This document shows positions 53,049 through 64,000 of a DNA stretch of 64,000 nt, piece by piece. Source of the stretch: Gnetum montanum (lineage: Eukaryota; Plantae; Gnetophyta). Positions within the stretch are counted from its first letter, which is position 1. Every line of letters begins with the position of its first letter. The DNA is taken from positions 352,974-416,973 of the forward strand of contig MNCI01001768.1 in NCBI GenBank assembly GCA_015680685.1, written 5' to 3'. A program made the position numbers and the translations under genes. The notes beneath the pieces are model-generated. The model did no database searches and had not been told where the DNA came from. It saw only the letters and a program-made list of their open reading frames with translations.

Positions 53049-55005
53049 TGAAACACCACCAAGTTTAGGCTTCTGCATCTTTGATAGAAAATTTGTCCAA
53101 GTATTAAAACTTGGTAATTTTTTTCTAAGTGTGAGTGTTATGCTCTCTAGCATATCCAGCATAACACACATTGAGGTCTATTTTGAAAGATTTTTCTAAG
53201 TGTTAGTAGCAATCCCATGAAAATTTTTCTAAGTGTCCTGCTACACTCTTATTCTACCTATTACGCTCCCTAGCGTAGCTATCATAGCACATACTTCCAT
53301 GGCTAGTTTGCCTAAGTGATAAGCCAGAAGTGATCAAGGGTCACTTGGGATGAACAAAACAGTTTGACAAATTTTTTATCTCCTTGGTTGTCATGCTTGC
53401 TACACTCCCCAATGTATCCAACTTGACACCTATCCCAGTGGCTAATTCATTCAAGTATCAAGCTAGAGGTTATCAAAATTTCTTGGGATGGTAAAAATAG
53501 TGTAGAAAGTTTTCTATCTCTTAGGTTGTTATGCTCTTGTATGCTCCATAGCATAGCAAACATGACACAAGCTCTAGTGCCTAGTTTTGACTAAGTGTTA
53601 GACAAGGATCTGTTAAGCTAGGTTGACATGGAAGACACATTTGGTACATTTTCTAACTTTCAAGGCTGCCTCTTTTACTACACCATAGTGCGTAGCCAAT
53701 GTACCATGAAAGAAGACTGTAGATTTCATCAAAATTTGGATGTGTATTTCTACTACACTTCCCAATGTGCCTAACATAATCAGTGTAAGACTTCAAAAAT
53801 TTGCAAATTTATACTAAGTGTATGGTTACACTCTAGAGCATAGCTAGCTTGACACTAGAAAAAAGCTTCCAATAGCCTCCAAAAGCCTCTAGAACTTGGC
53901 ATCAACCTTTGTCTCAACTCCGATGTCCCACAGGAAACCAAGATTAGCAATTTGCATTTCTTTTGCACCCTCCATTAGTCGCCAAAATTTTTTCTCCATT
54001 AGTCACCAAAATTTTTTCTTACGCTTGACCCTACTCAAAAGTGGGGGGGAAGACGTAGTGCCAAAGCATAGCCTCCAAGTTGAATTGTTCTGCATTACTT
54101 GCAAGTACATTGAGGTCTGTCAAACTTTGACACATGTAGTCTAGGCAGTGTGATCACAATTTAGCAATCTATGGGGACCCATTGATATTCTTCAAAGTGT
54201 AACACTTTGCTACTCTCATGAGAGTGTACCATGTCAGTGTAACCCTATCTACACTAATGTCATGTGGCATCCATGCCACATGGCGATCGATCTATGTTTT
54301 ATGCTAAACCTAGCCCTATAAATACCCTAATTTCTAGCACTCTAGGCGTTAGAAAATCAAAAGAGCATTGGGCCTTTTAGCTATCTAAGCATCCCTGACA
54401 CTCTCACACCTAAGCATATGAGCTTCACACCTTAGCACCTTCCAAAATAGAGTCCACCATTTCACTCACAGAACATGGCAATAGCCAACCCAGTAGGTTC
54501 AATCTCCACTGCAACTACTAGCTCCATGTCCCATGCATCCCAGAGACTGTGACTACACTACTATGCTACCACCGTGCTTGCCTGATGTTGTGCACCATTC
54601 TCACCTCTTATCTAGAAAAAGTTACATTCCCCAATTTCAAGGTTGTGCATTTCATTATTCTTAAGCTTCGTTCCATTTCTTTTCCAAGCATTTTAATTTG
54701 ATATTAAGCATAGCTCTTACATTTTTCTACTATTCAATACATATTCACATGTTCACATCACTATTTTTAAGCTAGGACACCTTGTTACGCTTTGTCTTAG
54801 TAAGTCTCAGTATCTGCGTGTAACACAATACAAACTCTTCTTACATATAGTCATCTTAATATCATGTAAGTCCCTATTTGATTATCTAAATCATTTAGGG
54901 AACCTCATTTTTGTTTTCTAGCATGGCAATCACACAAATTCGAGGTTATATTGTATGACCATTGACCTCTCAGTGTTCCAGCCATCGACATTTTTTGACA
55001 TCATA
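53049..55005 (+). repeat. 3' LTR of C
   Basis: Starts TGAAACACC as in A and B, has TATA ccctataaatacc near 54314, and its end matches positions 1-58. Confidence 0.75.
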
Positions 55006-56617
55006 GTGGGAGCATAATTAAATTACACCACCATAGAGAAAGAACTAATGGTAGTGTTGTATGCATTAGAAAATATTAGGCATTATGTGCTTGGTTACAA
55101 ATTATTTGTGCATATGGACCACAATGCAATCTACTTCCTCATGAATAAGCCAACGGTGAGCTCTCGTGTCATATGGTGGCTTATGATCTTGTAGGAATTC
55201 GATCTCATGATGGAAGATTGAAAAGAAACTAAGAATGTGATCACTGACCACCTCTCTCATTGAAGACGAGATAATAAAGAGGAGAAGAGTCCGATCTTTG
55301 ATCAATTTCGAGATTAACTCCTCTTTACTGGAGTAATAATTGAACAAACACCTAAAAAAGCAATATGGTATAATGGCATCCTCACATATCTTCTCACTCA
55401 ACAGATGCCACAAGACTTGGATTTTAGGAAAAAGTGACAATTGCTTCATCAAGCCAAATACTTCATGGAAATTAATGGACACCTTTACAAGGTGTGTATT
55501 GATGGCCTAATCCACTTGTGTGTTCCTGATGAAGATCAACTATGTGTTTTCCAAGATGCTCATGAAGGACCTTGTGGAGGCCACTATGTAGGGAGACACA
55601 CAACCATAAAAATCCTAATGGTAAGATACTACTAGCCTACAATCATTAGGGATGCCCACTAGTTTGTCAAGTCTTGTGAACATTTTCAACAAGATGGGGG
55701 GATGACCACTTGCATGGAAGATCCTCAATAGTGGATCCAACCATTAGAACCTTTCTACATATGGGGCATTGACTTCATGGGTCCCATCACACCCATGTCT
55801 AATGGAAAGGCATATATTATAGTACTAGTTAACTATTACACAAAACAGGAAAAAGTGACAACTGTTACTGATTGTACATCATCCACTACGACCAAAATTT
55901 ATACAAAAAAATATCATGAATAGGTTTGGGATGCCACATTTACTAATTTCTAATAATTAAACTCATTTCATAGGTGCCACATTTAGAAAATTAATGCAAC
56001 ACTTAGGGATAGAACATAAATTAACAACACCTTACTACCCTCAAGCTAATGGTCAAGTAGAGGTAACCAACCAAGAGATTACAAAAATATTAATGTGGAC
56101 CATTAGCAAATATAGGAAGGACTGGAGTACAAAGCTTGACAATGCTCTCTTGGCTTATCATTCAACTTGGAAACTTCCTATTAGCTATTCTCCTTACGAG
56201 TTAGTGTACAGAAAACTTCCAATGCTATCGATTCAATCCAAGCTCTGTACACTCTTAATAGCCTATGATCTAAACCTTGACATAAGTCTAGCATAGAAGA
56301 AAAGATTAATTAATCTAAAAGTGTTAGATGAAAATTGATTAGTGGCCCTATCCTTGAATGAGGTGAATAAGGCATTCAACAAACAACATCATCACCTGAG
56401 AATTAGGAAAGTAAAACTTCAACCAGGAAATAAGATTCTCTACTAGAACCCCACACATGTGCCTCAAAAGATAAAATTTCAAACATTATGGAAGGGACCT
56501 TATATAATTGATCAAACCTTTTCCTTTGGGGCCATGTTGATCTACAAACCTGACAGCCCAAATAAAAATCAATTGGTCAACATTCAACAAGTCAAGCCTT
56601 TCCTTGAACCTAGATAG
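55006..56617 (+). pseudogene. pol: RNase H-integrase of Athila-like Gypsy element F (5' part displaced by C)
   Basis: Motifs NYTTIEKELMVVLYALE, HEGPCGGHY, WGIDFMGP, TPYYPQANGQVEVTN and WKGPY. No aRH between RH and INT. Confidence 0.88.
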
Positions 56618-58767
56618 GTTAGTGCAAATGTTACCTCAATGGATGGATAACCACATTCTATTTTTCAGATCTCCTCCTTCCAACTTAGTCATGGGGGAGA
56701 TGGCCATCCATGCTAACCGTCAAATTGGCTTCTTAGTTTTTCTACTTTTTGTTTTTCATGTTTTTGGATTTTTCAGTTTTTTCTAATTTTACACCATCTT
56801 TAGTACCTTTGAAACTTCTTGATTATTCAACACTTTCTTATATATTTTACTTTATTTTTCTTTCTTTTTGTTTAAGTGATATTTTTTTATTTTTGCTAAT
56901 AAAGAGTGCTTTATTGTCACAAGACACAATTTCATTATTTCTATTTACTAATGATGGTTTGTGCCTAATGTTGTGATTGTCAATGTCTAGTTTCTATTTT
57001 TGAGTTCTGATGTTTGATGACTTTGACATGGTTTATTTTTCATAGAACAAGCAATGGGTCCATGTCATCCACCCATCCAATGAACTCTATGATTTTCCTT
57101 GTTCTGGGAATTTGAGGTTTCTTCCATTAAAGAAACTTTTAATCAATTGGTAACCTTGGTAGTTCTAGAATTAGGAAAGATTAAAAGGGTTGTAAAGGGT
57201 GTGACTTTAAGGGGACTCGTTACTCTTCATACTCTTCTACTTGCTTGAGTGCTTGAGTGTTTTTTACAAGCTTCTTATTGTTCCAAACCACCCATTGAAG
57301 GAAGTCAAAATAATGTTCTCACATAGTGTGGTTTTCATTTCAAAAATAAATTAAATAATGGGAATTCAAAGCACACCCCTTGGACAACTAGAATGGGATA
57401 CAAGCATTGGTTATGAGACTTGAATGACATGCACCTATGCCTAAGGTTCCCCTCTAACTAAGGCCCTCTGTCTCACTTCCTACTTATCTTTTCCTCTCTT
57501 TATGGAATTTTGGTTGTTTTGTGGAAGCACTCTTATGTCTCAAGTGAGTAGATAAATCTTAAAGTGGCAATACAAAGTCATTGAAAGTAGCTAGTTTTGG
57601 TATGGATTGAAGATGGAAGTTCTCGAGTCATTTTAACCACAAATTCCACAAGGGACTTCTTATGACCTCAATTTGGAACTTTATTCCACCATTTCTATCA
57701 TCCATTCATGCTACCATAATTCACCTCACTATTGTGTTCTATGTTATGTTATATATCTTAGTTTGACATGTTGGGATTCTTAAGTAGATTCCTTTGGATT
57801 GGTCCTTAACTTGTCATGATCATTAAATCGACTATGGGGCCCACAAACTCCTTAGTTGAGGTTATATAAGGGCAAAGAAAAAGGTTCATGAGCCTGCTAT
57901 GAGGATGAACCACTTACATAGCTCTTCGCTTGATTAGTTCAGTTTCCTTACCTTTGACATCACTACAATCCTATCTTTCATATTTTTCATTGGGTAAATC
58001 TCTCAATGCTCCTTAATCTTTCATTTCATCCATCCACTAAATTAATTTTTCTCCTTTTTCCAAAATTTATGAGCTTCAACACCCTCTTCTCATGTTTTCA
58101 TATGATTCTTGGCCTTTTAACCTTTCATTTGACAGCAATTTCACTCAAAATCTCTTCATATTTTGCAAGTTTGACTACGGTAGTCAATAGTTACATCGTT
58201 GAGGTCCCATCGACACATACACCCTAGTCAATGAGGCCCAATCAACTAGGCCTCATTGATGTTGTGTAAAAACCCTATATTACCACCAAACATTTTGCAA
58301 TTTTTTGCCATTTGCTCATAACAAAAGGGGAGTTTTTGAAATTTTTCAGAGCCCAAAATCTTCTAAAGCTCATAATTTCCTAATCGTTTATCCAAAACAC
58401 TTATTTTTTCAATCTTGCACTTACTTAAGGTAAGATCTTTATCATGAGGACTACAAACCTTAAGGTTTCCAATGAAAAATCAATGAAATTTTTGAGAAAT
58501 TTTTCTAACTCCCCCAAAGGGTTGATAACCATAACAACATACAAACATTAATGTTTTCACAAGTTAACCCTTCTAACAACCCTTGGGATGATTTATTAAT
58601 GAAAATACATAAATAAAATGATAATTGGATTAATTAAATTAGTCATAACCACAACTTAGTGAAGTGTAACTATCCTTGAGAGATAAAGGTATCCCAATTA
58701 CTTTAAAGTTACACAATGATTACTAATCCATGGTCTTATTATGATTACAAATTACACCCAAACAAAA

Positions 58768-61600
58768 ATGTCTGTAGGGAGGAGAAACCTCACAACCATA
58801 AGAGAAATGACCTAGAGCTAGAAGGGGCCAACAAGAACAAGGCCCAGAACTACCTAAGGTGACCCATGTAATGGGACATCTTTGTGAGGAGCCTGAAGTG
58901 GAATTTGTTCAACAGATTTTAGAAGAAGAATTGTTGACTGAACAATCATAAAGAGGAGAATTTTCTGGTCTCGTGCCAACACTTGAGGTCACTTTGAATT
59001 AATCCTACCTTGATACCATTAAGTCCTAATAGATCCAACAATCAGTCCTTTAAGAGATCAACTTTGGGCCATTCCTTGAAAAATCTCTAGAGGATGTCAA
59101 GGCTCAACTATGAATCTCTCCGATGTGGCAAATCATCACATCCAATGGGGAGTGGTACATGGGAGAAACATACCTCTTCTAGAATAATCAAAGGTTGGGA
59201 TCCATAATCAAGATTAAGGACATTAAAGAATTCTATTTGGAAAAAAATGTTGCATAAGCACTTGGGTTGCCTAACACTGAAACATAGCTGGTAGAATTAT
59301 CCACACAAGATGAGCTTGAATCCAAAAAGGAGTGGAGCCAACATTACTATGGGGTGGACTATAAGGGGTATGGTGTGCTCACACCAACGAAGTGGATTTA
59401 CTTCAGGATTGCAACCTATCACTTAATCCAAGAGTGAGGCTAAGTAAGGTGACTACCTTCTTCACTTGACCATGCACCTCTCTAAGCAAGAAGTTTCCCG
59501 CTGACCTTCCACAACTACTATACTTAGAAATTGAGAAGCATTTTAAAGAAGACGAATGTGGAAGGAAGACCCTACCCTTTCCATGCCTCATCTAACAACT
59601 TTGCAAAAGGACAAGAATTGTTCGCTACTCCAATGACACACTTAAGCATACTCCTTTAGCCTCATGGTCTGAGATCATGAACGAGAATATGCTAGTGATG
59701 ACTCAATTAGTAGAGCTATTGCCACCACCACCCACTCAGGAGACAACATTGGAGGCCCATGAAACCATTGAGCATTTTTGCAAAGTCTGAAAATAAATCT
59801 TGAGCAAACAAGAGCAACAAGTAGGAATGAGTGGGGTAGATCCATTTGTGTACCAGCTAGTAATGAGTCACCTTAATGAGGTGGCTTGAACAGTTAGCCA
59901 GATGGAGAGAGTTGGTCCCATTTTCTTTGTCCAAATAATGTAGCTACCTTTGAGGTTGGATCCCAATGCTCGAGACATGATGATGTCACTAGCAACACAC
60001 CATCTATTCCCAAAAATCTTTGGGAATGCCACCACTTTCTTAGTGTGGTTAAAGAAAGGTGAAGAGGCAACTATCTTGGTGATGTAGTACCAAGGGTAGG
60101 AGATAGTAGCAAAAGTAGTGGTTGACCATGTCATAGAAGTATTGAATGCACCTGCAATGTTTGTACTAGAAATATATACACTTTAATACATGGAGACATC
60201 CATAGGCATGGTCAGCAAGAAATTAAATGTAACTTAGTATGAAAAATTGTTAGAATGATTGGTAGGAATCAAGCAATTGACTCTAGACATTTTTGATCTT
60301 CCGAAGAGCATCACCACACCCTAGCCAAAGTTGCTAAATGCAAGGGGTAGATGAATTAGTTTGGAGGGGCAACTAGAAATAGCCTAAGAGCAAAATCAAC
60401 ACTTGGCCATAGAAGTTTCCAAACTTCGTGCCCAACTTGCAAATCAAGCAATTCTTAGCCTAGCAATGATAACGAATAAAGCTATCAAACAACTTCAAGA
60501 ATGATTTCAGAAGGCTGAGGAGGAGCTAGTGATGGCCATCTTTAAATGGTCTATAGTAGAAGCTAAAACACATTCAATCCAAAAGGACTTAAATTAAATA
60601 CACTAAGAGAATGAAGCATTGACTGCATAGAATCATCGCTTACAAAATGTTGATGCTCAGAAAGATCAAATGCAAGAATTTATTCATTAATAGCAGGAGT
60701 AGCTTGTTAGGGTAAACACTAAATTAAGGAATTTGGCCATGGAAAATTGTAATCTATCAATGAAGGAGGTACATACCTTATGCCAGAAATTGGCCATCAA
60801 GATCACTTAGAAGAATGAAGTCCTCAAATTTGAGAAAGTGAAGAATCACTACAGGGACCAAGTTGGCCTATAGAAGGAAGTGAATGAAAAAAAATTTTAA
60901 ATGATGAAGGAAAAACTAAATGAAGCGCTCCAAAAACTCCAACAAGGAAGAGAGATGTGGCAACCCATCATTAATGGGATCGATGCCTACAACAAAACAG
61001 AGATTCACTCAAAGGATTTGAAAATTGAGGAGATGACAGAGTACATGAAGCTGGCCAATCTTCATTATGCAAACCTAGTAATGCTAATAGTGGGATGGAC
61101 ATAGTCAAAATTAGAGAAATAAGTGGCAGCTCATATCTGCTATACGAGGTTGAGTTTAAGCATTACAAGGACACCAAGTAGAGGCTTAAGACTGCTAACA
61201 CTAAACTTGAATTTCTTATAGGATGATTCAAATATCAATGATCTATCACTGAGAACCTAGCCAAATAGATGAATGACTACTAGGAGCTAAAGAACACAGT
61301 TTAGGAATTCAACATCGAATGCAAATAGTTCATTGCCGAGTTTGTCAACACAAAGCAGTTGTTTCCAATAATTTTGTGTCCTTGGGATGTGCCCATTCCA
61401 ACACAGATTGGGGAAGCTGCATGGATGGTGCATGATCTTAGGAGTAAGAAGGAGAAAATAAAAGCACTGCTGGATGCTTTTTGCCTCTCACCTAAAGTTG
61501 TAATAGTAGCATGATAGCCACAACTACCTCAATTGCCTATGCATGAAGTTAATGAAGGTTCCTTAGAGCCTCAGGAACGACCACCACCTGGGATCATTTG
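58768..61600 (+). pseudogene. Degraded extra ORF of the Athila-like element (Transposase_32/PMD-like + long coiled coil)
   Basis: ALGLP motif, DLPQLLYLEIEKHF...LPFPCLI*QLC, and a Q/E/K-rich heptad region at about 60340-61350. Boundaries approximate. Confidence 0.55.
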
Positions 61601-62613
61601 ATCTTCCCCATTAGCTTCACACCATAAAGGAATGTGCTATCTAATTTTGAAGGTTTGAGACATGCTGTTCAATTTTGTGTCCTAAACACCATCATTTTTG
61701 TTCAAAAAGTATTAGCAGTGTAGGCTAGATTGCAAGCTCAAGATGTAATAGTATTAGATGAAACAATAATGTTCTATCTTCTTAGAAAACTAACACTTTC
61801 ATATGATGTCTTCTAGAAAAATCATAAAGAATGGTAAGAAGACTTACACCATGATAATATTGTGCACAAAGATCCTCAAAGAAGTAGAGATGAATGCATA
61901 CATCTTAGTAGTCGAACCAAATTCTCAAGCAATGATGGTGATATTGGAATAAGATCAAAAGAAGTGTGGATGGATCTTTATTTAAGCATTGATGTACTTG
62001 AGCACATCATTGTGTTGGCAATAAATACAAGCTCTTTAATTCATCCTTGCAGCACTTGAGATTTGTTTTCTTATGCATTTCTTTCATTTTATTTTCTTAT
62101 GCATTTATTTTATTTTATTTATTTTATGCACTTTACATATATGTGATTAGCATAGTAATTCATTTTGATCAATTAATCAAATCATTAAATTACACAAGCA
62201 CAACCACTTCAAGCATGCATTTAATGCTTGGTAACCTAGTAATGATTAGCGTTTGGTAATCCCAGTAGTGTTGCACTGGTTTAGAATATGTACGGGAAGT
62301 GGGAATAGATGCCAGTGTTAGGATTAGTTGGAACTTAGTTGATGAGTAGTTAAGTTAAATTAGTTACTTAGTTACCTCTCTCCTTCCCTACTAGCATAAG
62401 ACATAAAAACATAAAAGTTATAAAAATCATATGCCTCAAGCTTACTTAACCATACAATCGTGACATACAAGTAAGCTTGGGAAGACAATGATCAACCAAC
62501 CCGTCCTTGTTCCAAAAAGACGCATAAGAACTTAGTCCTTGGAATTCGATTGGATCGTGCGTGAAACACTCATATTCATATGGTTGAGCGTAGGGATACC
62601 TCGCCGCTCATCA

Positions 62614-62632
62614 TTGACACCGTTGTCGGGGA
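62614..62632 (+). promoter_or_regulatory. PBS (tRNA-Asp type, Athila-like) after the LTR end ...CTCATCA
   Basis: ttgacaccgttgtcgggga approximates TGGCGCCGTTGCCGGGGA. Confidence 0.75.
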
Positions 62633-62749
62633 CTTAGTTGTTTGTGCACTAACTAAAACATAGGAAATCATTCACATCATTGGAAATAACCCTTAGAGTT
62701 GGCTAAGAAAATAATAAACAAGAATAAATTGCACACTGAATAGACAAGT

Positions 62750-64000
62750 ATGTCTCCTTCTTCGTATGAAAGTGCCTCATTGCCTAGGTCTGAAACAGGA
62801 AATAATCGGCAATGTAATACACATGATGTTGATCCACCAATCCTTGACCAAGTTTGAGTGGTATATATTCATCCTGATAAGTATATACCAAACTTTACCT
62901 TTATCCTCCATCAAGACAAACAACTGCATTGGCAAGACTTAGAAGGTAACATAGTGTTACCTCCCAATTGTTTAGTCCCAAGCATGCTTCTTGGTGCTCT
63001 CACACGAATTGGCATGTTGCACTTACATGCAGAATACGTTGTGCAAGACCATGACTTGAGAGAATACTATCCCATAGAGGTACAACATCAAAGGGGCTTG
63101 CACCAAGAGAGACATCATAAGTCTTTGAAGGGTAACTGGTCCTAGGATGCCCCACATGTCTTAAGTGAAAATGAGGGTGGTGAACCTACCTCAAGCAGTC
63201 ATCCACACAACAATGTTCCTTCCCTTGACTTTGGCCAAGGGGTTGTGTATCAAAAATTTCATTCCACTATTCATAATCTAGGTTCTGATACGCACAGGCA
63301 CAAAGGGCCCAAAAAAGGAACACAAACTCATGATAAAGGTGGCCATTCTGATCGCAATTGCAATCAAGGCCAAGACTATAGAAGAGAAGGTAGCAGACAC
63401 CGTCATGGTGACAGTTCTCCTTCTACTTCACCTTCATCATCTCCTTCACCCTCTCCCTCAATATCTGGACGTGTTCATAAAGAAAAAGATCATGGGGATT
63501 AAGGTAGGCGAAGTGGAATTCATAGATGAAACAACCAGGAAAGGGGACAAGGGCACTTTAGAGAGTCATGACATAGAAAAAGGAAGAGTAGGAAACAACG
63601 TAGGCATCATAGACGCCATGGATGAGATGATCACAATGAACCCCTACTTGCTACTTGAAGTATGTTGGACATAACTGAGGCTATTAGAATTCCAACAAGG
63701 CATCAAAAAGATAGTAGGATCAAGAGATTAGATATGAACAACATCCCACGATTTGAAGGGGGATACAACGCTAATCCTCAGAATCATTTACAAGCATTGC
63801 ATGATGTGTGTGCCTAACAGAACATAGAGAATGAATGGAAAAAACTTAAGTTGTTCCCATAGATATTAGTTAAAGAAGAAAAAATTTGGTACTGGTCTTT
63901 AGAACTGAAATCCATTTGTAGGTGGAGTACTATGTTAGAACTATTTAATGAAAAGTATGAAACGTACTCCCGAGTGTCTAACTTGCAAAAGAAAATCCAA
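62750..64000 (+). pseudogene. gag: gag of an Athila-like element (runs off the window)
   Basis: IPRFEGGYNANPQNHLQALHDVC...LKLFP*IL...WYWSL...W..MLELFNEKY, a retrotransposon gag pattern. Confidence 0.75.

Larger units (their letters stand above)
1..55005 (+). mobile_element. Tat-lineage Ty3/Gypsy LTR retrotransposon C (5' LTR runs off the window; interrupted by A and E)
   Basis: Positions 1-58 resemble the LTR end at about 54943-55005. PBS at 64-80. The gag frame continues across the A insertion (LLD*L|IMVSGLKDQ, matching LLDQLI*LARLKEQ in A). PR, RT-RH-aRH-INT, PPT and 3' LTR all lie on +. Confidence 0.85.

Noticed and set aside
52030-55005. A separate fourth Tat element
   Set aside because: The sequence continues the 3' region of C after E is removed, is homologous to the A and B 3' regions, and its LTR end matches positions 1-58.
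58768-61600. True retroviral env gene
   Set aside because: No clear signal peptide or transmembrane segment could be read; the motifs fit a Transposase_32-like plus coiled-coil ORF.

Overview
Repeat-dense plant-type genomic DNA with no recognisable intact host gene; two N-gaps lie at 29472-29705 and 51172-51677. The window is a nest of decayed Ty3/Gypsy LTR retrotransposons. The oldest is an Athila-like element (F, from 55006 rightwards). Tat-lineage element C (+; end of 5' LTR 1-58, 3' LTR 53049-55005) is inserted into the RNase H region of F. Tat element A (-; 861-35810) is inserted into the gag of C, and Tat element B (-; 9339-26095) is inserted into A. A younger LTR-type insertion E (49313-52023, perfect CTTTC target-site duplication, TSD) sits in the 3' region of C. 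Main observation: in all three Tat elements gag-protease and RT-RH-aRH-INT are separate reading frames about 5.5-6 kb apart. The spacer holds an antisense gene of about 8 exons with its own TATA-like box and conserved exon sizes (119 nt and 450 nt in all three copies). By motif inspection it encodes an FCP1/NIF-like HAD phosphatase fold with a degenerate catalytic motif, fused to a plant-mobile-domain (PMD)/Transposase_32-like domain and a coiled coil. Short-motif tandem arrays lie in the non-coding regions, which suggests an element-encoded regulatory or anti-silencing system (hypothesis). All ORFs are pseudogenised, largely by C>T/G>A decay. Domain calls are by eye, not by database search.
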